Shown here: one piece after another, positions 18,755 through 24,799 of the stretch
How the letters are laid out: the number at the start of each line of letters is the position of its first letter
How positions within the stretch are numbered: the stretch's first letter is position 1
Assembly (NCBI GenBank): GCA_018672235.1
Contig: JABHGE010000012.1
Coordinates: 1-24,799, forward strand
Source of the DNA: Fidelibacterota bacterium
GTDB lineage: Bacteria > Fidelibacterota > Marinisomatia > Marinisomatales > Marinisomataceae
Reading direction: 5' to 3'
Length of the DNA: 24,799 nt
Made by a program: the position numbers and the translations under genes
Notes under the pieces: model-generated
What the model saw: only the letters and a program-made list of their open reading frames with translations
Databases searched by the model: none
What the model was told of the DNA's origin: nothing

Positions 18755-19682
18755 ATCTATCAAAATTATATTTTTTGGGAATACAGAGTTCTCCAATCCT
18801 GTTCTTTTAAAATGTAATGAATCTTATGATGTTGCTTCTGTTGTTACAAATCCATCAAAGAAAATGGGTCGAGGACAAAAACTTTTTGATACTCCAGTAA
18901 AAATTCTTTCAAATGATCATAATTTAGAGATTATTGAATGCAACGATCTTACAGACAAAGAATTTGCCAAAAAATTAGAAGATATAAAGCCTGATTTATT
19001 TGTTGTTGTTGCTTATAAAATCCTTCCAAAATCTTTATTGAGTATTCCTAAGTTTGGTGCAATAAATCTTCATTCTTCTTTGCTTCCCAAGTATAGAGGA
19101 GCAGCTCCTATTCAAAGAGCAATACTTAATCATGAGAAAGTGACAGGAATATCCACTTTTCTTATTGAGCCTAGAGTAGATACAGGAAAAATTTTAGAGC
19201 AAGCCGAATGCGATATTAATGATAATGATAATTATGGATCATTGTCTGAAAGATTAAGTAATATTGGAGCAGACTTAGTTGTTACTTCTATAGAAAAATA
19301 TCTAAATGATAAGATTGAACCTTACTTACAAGATGAATCTTTAGTCACTTTAGCCCCAAAAATTTTGAAAGAAGAATTTCTTATTGATTGGAAAAAGTCT
19401 GCGTCAGATATACATGCTAAGGTAAGAGCCTTTAGCCCTTATCCTGGAGCATATACCTTTCTTGATAAAAAGAGAGTCAAATTTTTTCAATCAGAGCTAA
19501 TAGATAATCAACATTCAAGCACACCTGGATATGTTACTAGCGTTATCAGTGGTTCTTTTGATATTGCATGCGGTCTTGGGTCCTTGAGAGTTTCTAAGGT
19601 GCAAATAGAGGGAAAGAAGGCCATGCCTGCAAAAGATTTTATATTAGGAATGCCTACATTAAAAAATAGTAGATTTGGTTAG
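18744..19682 (+). CDS. fmt: Methionyl-tRNA formyltransferase
   Basis: Motifs IIFFGNTEFS, GRGQK, INLHSSLLPKYRGAAPIQ, DTGKI, RAFSPYPGAYT. Confidence 0.97.
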   Translation: MLNKSIKIIFFGNTEFSNPVLLKCNESYDVASVVTNPSKKMGRGQKLFDTPVKILSNDHNLEIIECNDLTDKEFAKKLEDIKPDLFVVVAYKILPKSLLSIPKFGAINLHSSLLPKYRGAAPIQRAILNHEKVTGISTFLIEPRVDTGKILEQAECDINDNDNYGSLSERLSNIGADLVVTSIEKYLNDKIEPYLQDESLVTLAPKILKEEFLIDWKKSASDIHAKVRAFSPYPGAYTFLDKKRVKFFQSELIDNQHSSTPGYVTSVISGSFDIACGLGSLRVSKVQIEGKKAMPAKDFILGMPTLKNSRFG

Positions 19683-20399
19683 GTGAGATTCTTTAAGCAT
19701 ATATTAATTTTTTTAAGTACTGGAATATTTTTTGTTCTATTTATTAATTATTTATTGATGCCTACATATATCAATCAAAGAAGTATGATAGCTATACCAA
19801 GCCTTGAAGGCCTAAGTGTTGTAGAAGCAGAGTCTATTACTAAATCTGAGGGTATCGAAGTAGTTGTTGCAGATACAATCTTTACAAATGATATCAATCC
19901 AGGAATTATATTAGAGCAATTTCCTGCAGCAGGAAAAGAAGTAAAAATAGGCAGAGCTATTAAAATTAAAATTACTCAGTTAAATCAGAAAATAGTAGTT
20001 CCTGAATTATTAGGTAAAACTTTGAGATCATCTGAAATAGAATTAGATCAAATTGGAGTAAGTGTAGATTCCGTATACTATTCTTATAGTCCAAACTATC
20101 CCAAAGGAATTGTATCTTGGCAAAGTCCTGCACCACTAGATAGCATTAGAAAAGGGTTTGGTGTAAGAATTGAAGTTAGTACGGGTTTAGCACCAAACGA
20201 TTTTATTGCCGTACCTGATTTACAGGGCATTTTCTATAGCGAAGCTATAAAAAAAATAAATGAACTTGGACTGAAAGAAGGATCAATTCAATTTTTGGCT
20301 CAAGATAAATTTTTACCAAATACCGTATTAAATCAAAATCCAAAAGAAGGTACTAAAGTGTCTCAAGACAGTTCTATAAATCTGATTATTAGCAAATGA
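19683..20399 (+). CDS. Membrane-anchored protein with three PASTA domains (no kinase or PBP domain)
   Basis: GTG start and N-terminal TM. Three repeats: IPSLEG...QFPAAG, VPELLG...QSPAP, VPDLQG...QNPKEG. Confidence 0.9.
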   Translation: MRFFKHILIFLSTGIFFVLFINYLLMPTYINQRSMIAIPSLEGLSVVEAESITKSEGIEVVVADTIFTNDINPGIILEQFPAAGKEVKIGRAIKIKITQLNQKIVVPELLGKTLRSSEIELDQIGVSVDSVYYSYSPNYPKGIVSWQSPAPLDSIRKGFGVRIEVSTGLAPNDFIAVPDLQGIFYSEAIKKINELGLKEGSIQFLAQDKFLPNTVLNQNPKEGTKVSQDSSINLIISK

Positions 20400-21421
20400 T
20401 AAATCTTATAAATAAAAAATCATCATATATTATTATCTTAATGACTTTATTGACAGGATTCACTCTATATTCCTGTTCAAAATCTTCTTATCAAGAAGAA
20501 AAATTAGCTACTGTTATTGAGCCTTCTTTTCAATATAATTTAGAATTTAATGATATAGATATAATGTATTCTGACTCACTGTATTATGAATTAGAATTTG
20601 ATATGATTGGTATGGATGCTCTAGATATGCTGATTAAAATTGATGATAGTCTGTATGATTCTATTATAATTGCAGATATCGATTCTTCTACTGAAATATT
20701 AAGCGGATATATTCCTTTGAATTTAAATGGTATGGATATCAATATTTCTTTTGTCGATAGCGATGTTATTGTTTCTAATGAAGATTATACTCTGCCTGCG
20801 ATAAGAGATATAGAAGTACTTACATTTACAGCCAATGGAAGTAATAAATATTTTAATAGTCTATTTGAAGGCAATAAAATTGTAAATAATAAGAATATTA
20901 TTTATGACAAATTTAAGAATTATGACTTTGCTAATACTGAAGTAATCATACTGAATGACCTAGATATATTGTCTGAAAAAATGATAGTACAATTACAAAA
21001 ATTTCTTTTAAATGAAGGTTATATCTTTGTCCTAATGAATGAAAATATAATAGAAAATAATAAATTATTTTATAGCTTGGGCTATCCAAAGGTCAAAGCT
21101 ATCCGAGGGTCATCAAGGAACCAATTTTTTTCAATGACAGATGAAGGATTTTTACAGGAGCATTCATTTCAGTCTAGAGATTTGATTGATAACTCTCAAT
21201 TATATAGATATTTTGAGCTTAAAAACGTTGAAGAAGAGTTTACTAAAATAACGATTTCTACAAAGGATCCATTATTATTAGAAAAAGAAGTTTTGGGAGG
21301 AAAGATATTCTTCTTAACCACAAAAATAGATTCTGATTGGTCTAATAATTCATTCAATCTAGTGCTCAAAGATATATTCAATAGAGTCTTTTTCCAAAGA
21401 TTGCTTACTGATGAATCCTAA
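20396..21421 (+). CDS. Putative lipoprotein of unknown function with a C-terminal GATase-like alpha/beta domain
   Basis: Lipobox-like LYS-C27. C-terminal VIILND...LQKFLLNEGYIFV and PLLLEKEVLGGKIFFLTT..DSDWSN resemble the C-terminal domains of BatA/vWA-associated proteins. Confidence 0.55.
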   Translation: MINLINKKSSYIIILMTLLTGFTLYSCSKSSYQEEKLATVIEPSFQYNLEFNDIDIMYSDSLYYELEFDMIGMDALDMLIKIDDSLYDSIIIADIDSSTEILSGYIPLNLNGMDINISFVDSDVIVSNEDYTLPAIRDIEVLTFTANGSNKYFNSLFEGNKIVNNKNIIYDKFKNYDFANTEVIILNDLDILSEKMIVQLQKFLLNEGYIFVLMNENIIENNKLFYSLGYPKVKAIRGSSRNQFFSMTDEGFLQEHSFQSRDLIDNSQLYRYFELKNVEEEFTKITISTKDPLLLEKEVLGGKIFFLTTKIDSDWSNNSFNLVLKDIFNRVFFQRLLTDES

Positions 21422-22529
21422 GACAGATAAAGTGCTAGTAGTAGCACCTCGAATATGGAAAAGTGATAAAAATTACAACTATAGCATAGAAGAGATATCT
21501 TTACTAATAAATACATTAGGATTAAAAGTCTGTGGTGTTATTGAGCAAAAATTGAATAGTATTAATCCAGCATATTTTGTTGGATCTGGAAAAGCAAAAC
21601 AGATTGTAGAGCAAGCAAAATTATTAAAAGCAAATTATATAGTATTTGATGAAGATTTAAGTCCTGCACAGACAAAGAACTTGCAAAAATTAGATGAAAA
21701 AATGAAGTTTATTGATAGAAGTGGAATTATCCTTGAAATATTTTTTAAGAATGCAAAATCAAAAGAATCTAAAACTCAAGTAGAGCTAGCTCGGCTTCAG
21801 TACCAATTACCTCGTTTGACTAGAATGTGGACACACCTTGAGCGACAAATGGGTGGGTTCGGAACAAGGGCTGGTGCAGGAGAAACTCAGATAGAAGTTG
21901 ATAGAAGAATTCTTAGGAAGAGAATATCAAATCTTAAAAAAAAATTGAAGAGTATTGACTCTGAAAGAAGAGTCCAAAGTAAAAAAAGACAATCTTTTTT
22001 CAGAACTTCTTTTGTAGGCTATACCAATGTTGGAAAATCTTCCCTTATGAAAGCAATCACTAAAAGCGATGTATTAATCAAGAATCAATTATTTGCTACT
22101 TTAGATACTACAGTTAGACGTCTCTTTATTGGTGACTCTAATTATGTATTAATGAGCGACACAGTTGGTTTTATTAGGAATCTACCTAATAATCTTATCG
22201 CTAGTTTTAAGTCAACTTTACAAGAAGTAGTCGACTCTAACTTGCTTTTAATTGTTTTAGATGCAAACTCTAAAGACCTACATAATGAAATTGCCACTAT
22301 ACAAAGCGTATTAAAAGAAATTGGAGCCAATGAAATTGATTCTCAGTATATATTTAATAAAGTTGATATAGTTAGCGAAGAAAGAATAAACTATTTAAGA
22401 AAATCTTTTCCTGAGGCGATTATGGTATCTGCAACGAGAGCGTTACAGTTATCAAATATTAAAGATATAATTATAGATAAGCATAAAGAATGGGTTATTT
22501 TTCTAAAGAATCCATTGCACACGCAATAG
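21411..22529 (+). CDS. hflX: Ribosome-splitting GTPase HflX
   Basis: Motifs QVELARLQYQLPRL, GETQIEVDRR, G1 GYTNVGKS, G2 FATLD, G3 DTVG, G4 NKVD, G5 SA. Confidence 0.97.
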   Translation: MNPKTDKVLVVAPRIWKSDKNYNYSIEEISLLINTLGLKVCGVIEQKLNSINPAYFVGSGKAKQIVEQAKLLKANYIVFDEDLSPAQTKNLQKLDEKMKFIDRSGIILEIFFKNAKSKESKTQVELARLQYQLPRLTRMWTHLERQMGGFGTRAGAGETQIEVDRRILRKRISNLKKKLKSIDSERRVQSKKRQSFFRTSFVGYTNVGKSSLMKAITKSDVLIKNQLFATLDTTVRRLFIGDSNYVLMSDTVGFIRNLPNNLIASFKSTLQEVVDSNLLLIVLDANSKDLHNEIATIQSVLKEIGANEIDSQYIFNKVDIVSEERINYLRKSFPEAIMVSATRALQLSNIKDIIIDKHKEWVIFLKNPLHTQ

Positions 22530-23757
22530 TAGCATCACCAGTAACATTAGTTGCAGTACGAATCATGTCTAAGATTCTATCTACACCCAATATTAAAGCA
22601 ATTCCTTCACTAGGAACATTAATAGCTTCCAATATAATTACTAACATAATAATTCCTGCTCCAGGAACAGCAGCAGTTCCAATAGATGCTAATACAGCAG
22701 TTGCAACTATAGTAAATTGATTTGCAAATGTTAGATCCATACCAATTGCTTGCGCTATGAATACCGCTGCAACCCCTTGATATAGAGCAGTACCATCCAT
22801 ATTAATTGTTGCACCTAAAGGTAAAACAAATGATGATATCTCTTCTGATACTCCTAAATCTTTCTCACAACGTTTCATAGTAACCGGTAAAGTAGCGCCA
22901 CTTGAACTAGTTGAAAATGCTAATAGTTGAACCGGAGCCATTGACTTGAAAAAGTGTTTTAAATCCATATTAGTAAACATTTTTAATATCGTAATGTATG
23001 TAATACCCATGTGGATAAATAAACCTAAGACTACCACTCCCATATAGAATAATAATGCAGATAGGATACTTCCAATTTGAGAAATGTCACCAGAAACAGA
23101 ACTAATAGTTTTAGCTATTAATGCGAATACTCCATATGGCGCAAAATACATTATCATTTCTACCAGTTTTATAATCATTTGATTAATGCCTTCTAGAAAT
23201 GCTAATACGGGTTGTGAAAATTTTCGATCAATGCCAATTAAAGCGATTCCAAAAATAATAGATATAAATACTATTTGAAGCATGTTGCTATTATTGGATG
23301 CAGCTGAAAACATATTACTTGGAACCATATCCACTAAAGGCTGTAAAGGCCCTCTATTATTTTGAATAGAATTTGCTAATTCTTGTTTGCTAGTAGCCTT
23401 ATCAACATACTCACTACTTAAACTTTCTTGATAGCTTTCTGGTATATAAGATCCAGGCTCAAGAACATTAACTAAAATTAATCCTATACTAACAGCTACT
23501 GCAGTAGTGCTGATATATAAAACAATAGTTTTCCATCCAATGCGAGAAAGTTTTTTTGTATCTGATAGAGATGCCACTCCAGTTATAAGTGATGATACTA
23601 CCAATGGTACTGCAATAAGTTTTAATAGATTTAAGAAAATTGTTCCGAATGGAGATATAAAATCTGATGTAAAATCTGACCAGCCATTGATAGCGCTAGC
23701 TATTCCATAGATGGTCCCTAAGACTAGTCCAATAATTATTTTCCAATGTAATTGCAT
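22495..23757 (-). CDS. Dicarboxylate/amino acid:cation symporter (DAACS, GltP/GltPh-like), probably Na+-coupled Asp/Glu
   Basis: Motifs AFSTSSSGATLP, LGATINMDGT, AAVPGAG, DRILDMIRTATNVTGD. Confidence 0.95.
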   Translation of the reverse strand: MQLHWKIIIGLVLGTIYGIASAINGWSDFTSDFISPFGTIFLNLLKLIAVPLVVSSLITGVASLSDTKKLSRIGWKTIVLYISTTAVAVSIGLILVNVLEPGSYIPESYQESLSSEYVDKATSKQELANSIQNNRGPLQPLVDMVPSNMFSAASNNSNMLQIVFISIIFGIALIGIDRKFSQPVLAFLEGINQMIIKLVEMIMYFAPYGVFALIAKTISSVSGDISQIGSILSALLFYMGVVVLGLFIHMGITYITILKMFTNMDLKHFFKSMAPVQLLAFSTSSSGATLPVTMKRCEKDLGVSEEISSFVLPLGATINMDGTALYQGVAAVFIAQAIGMDLTFANQFTIVATAVLASIGTAAVPGAGIIMLVIILEAINVPSEGIALILGVDRILDMIRTATNVTGDATIACAMDSLEK

Positions 23758-23767
23758 TAATTAAGAA

Positions 23768-23775
23768 CAAATATA
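23768..23775 (-). promoter_or_regulatory. Candidate -10/-7 element (TATATTTG) of the DAACS gene
   Basis: Minus-strand TATATTTG lies 10 nt upstream of the ATG. It matches both a TAnnnT -10 and the Bacteroidota-type TAnnTTTG element. Confidence 0.4.
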
Positions 23776-23798
23776 TGGATTATGTTTAAGTTATTTCA

Positions 23799-24799
23799 AT
23801 GATTTATTACATAATTATAGGAATTTATCTAATCGGTTTGCTTTTAATTGGGCTTAGCAAATCAGATTCTATTAAAAATCAGGAAGATTTTGCTGTAGCT
23901 GGAAGATCTCTTTCACCTTGGATTTTAGTCGGAACTATGGCAGCAACTTGGATGGGTACAGGATCTGTATTAGGCAATGCAGGAAAGGCATTTGAGATAG
24001 GTGCAGCTGGATTTTTGCTACCTATTGGTGGAATGCTTGGCGTTTTAGCACTAACAAAGATAGCAGGAAAAGCGAGAGCTTCTGGTAAATTAACTGTACC
24101 AGAAATTATTGGATCCAGATTTGGAGACACAGCAATGATTCTATCTGTTATTGCACTACTTACTGCTTACCTAGTAATTGTTAGTTACCAGTTTAATGCT
24201 GGCGGTGCAGTAATCTATACTATATTTCATGATAATTTAGGGGCAGGACTGACTTTAGATCAAGCAACGATAATAGCAGCGCTATTTATTGTTGCATATA
24301 CAGTATTAGCTGGCTTATTGAGTGTTGCATATACAGACGTTGCAAATGGTATTCTCATGGTGACTTGTTTTATTATTGCGTTACCAATTCTATTTTTTCA
24401 AGCGGGAGGATTTGATGGCATGACCACTAGTTTTGCAAATAAAGGTATGCCTAATAACATGTCAATATTTGGTGTTCTTTCATTTACAGATGTAATCAAT
24501 TTTACCTTACCATCTTTTTTATTAATTCTTGGTGATGCAAATATGTATCAAAGATTTTTTGCTAGCGATTCAGTTGCGTCTGCAAAAAAAGCAACTTATC
24601 TATTATTTTTTGCAGTTGTTTTACTAGAGTCTCTTATCATAGCAAATGCTTGGATCAGTTCAAGTATGATTACTGATATCGCAAAGGAATCACATGTATT
24701 AATTTATGCAGCTTATAATTTCTTACCACCATTCGTTGGGGCTGTAATGCTAGCCACTATCATAGGTATTATTATTTCTACAGCAGATTCATTTTTACT
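23799..24799 (+). CDS. Sodium:solute symporter family protein, partial (runs off the window; not in ORF track)
   Basis: ATG at 23799 with an in-frame TAA upstream at 23787. Translation MIYYIIIGIYLIGLLLIG...EDFAVAGRSLSPW...ATWMGTGSVLG...LTVPEIIGSRFG...AGLLSVAYTD...MYQRFF...IISTADSFL is open to the window end. Confidence 0.93.
   Translation, partial: MIYYIIIGIYLIGLLLIGLSKSDSIKNQEDFAVAGRSLSPWILVGTMAATWMGTGSVLGNAGKAFEIGAAGFLLPIGGMLGVLALTKIAGKARASGKLTVPEIIGSRFGDTAMILSVIALLTAYLVIVSYQFNAGGAVIYTIFHDNLGAGLTLDQATIIAALFIVAYTVLAGLLSVAYTDVANGILMVTCFIIALPILFFQAGGFDGMTTSFANKGMPNNMSIFGVLSFTDVINFTLPSFLLILGDANMYQRFFASDSVASAKKATYLLFFAVVLLESLIIANAWISSSMITDIAKESHVLIYAAYNFLPPFVGAVMLATIIGIIISTADSFL

Noticed and set aside
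10834..22330. Antisense ORFs 10834-11094, 14831-15058, 18385-18567, 21196-21381, 22142-22330
   Set aside because: Shadow ORFs opposite recognisable genes, with no RBS or motifs.
22490..24130. ORFs 22490-22720 (+), 23507-23710 (+), 23879-24130 (-)
   Set aside because: Antisense to the DAACS and SSS transporter genes, with composition mirroring hydrophobic codons on the real strand.

Overview
AT-rich (roughly 30% GC, by eye), extremely compact bacterial chromosomal segment using the standard code. The gene set and order (yajC-def-fmt-PASTA, holA-ECF sigma, few Shine-Dalgarno sites) suggest a streamlined diderm of the FCB group, possibly marine Marinimicrobia/Marinisomatota; this is an inference. 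Positions 112-22529 form one co-directional + strand run with a single gap over 20 bp (9166-9252). It has four parts. (1) A small accessory cluster: an unannotated 49-aa membrane protein, DUF2855, an EmrE-like SMR, a secreted MORN-variant protein and DUF6122. (2) Envelope and housekeeping genes: LpoA/LppC-like, PgeF/YfiH, uppP, PutP-like, holA, and an ECF sigma with a cysteine-free anti-sigma. (3) A TPR lipoprotein and a LolB/DUF4292-like lipoprotein followed by a lipid-linked glycosylation cassette (GT2, GT4, GT2, Wzx flippase, YfhO-type GT-C). (4) yajC, def, fmt, a kinase-less PASTA protein, an unknown lipoprotein and hflX. The window ends with a Na+-type DAACS symporter on the - strand, divergent from a truncated SSS symporter missing from the ORF track. 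No rRNA, tRNA, CRISPR or mobile element was seen. The most interesting candidates are the GT-C glycosylation cassette with an unknown acceptor, coupled to TPR/LolB-like lipoproteins, and a canonical ECF promoter (TGGAAC-N16-CGTAA) hidden inside holA, with a weaker copy upstream of that cassette.
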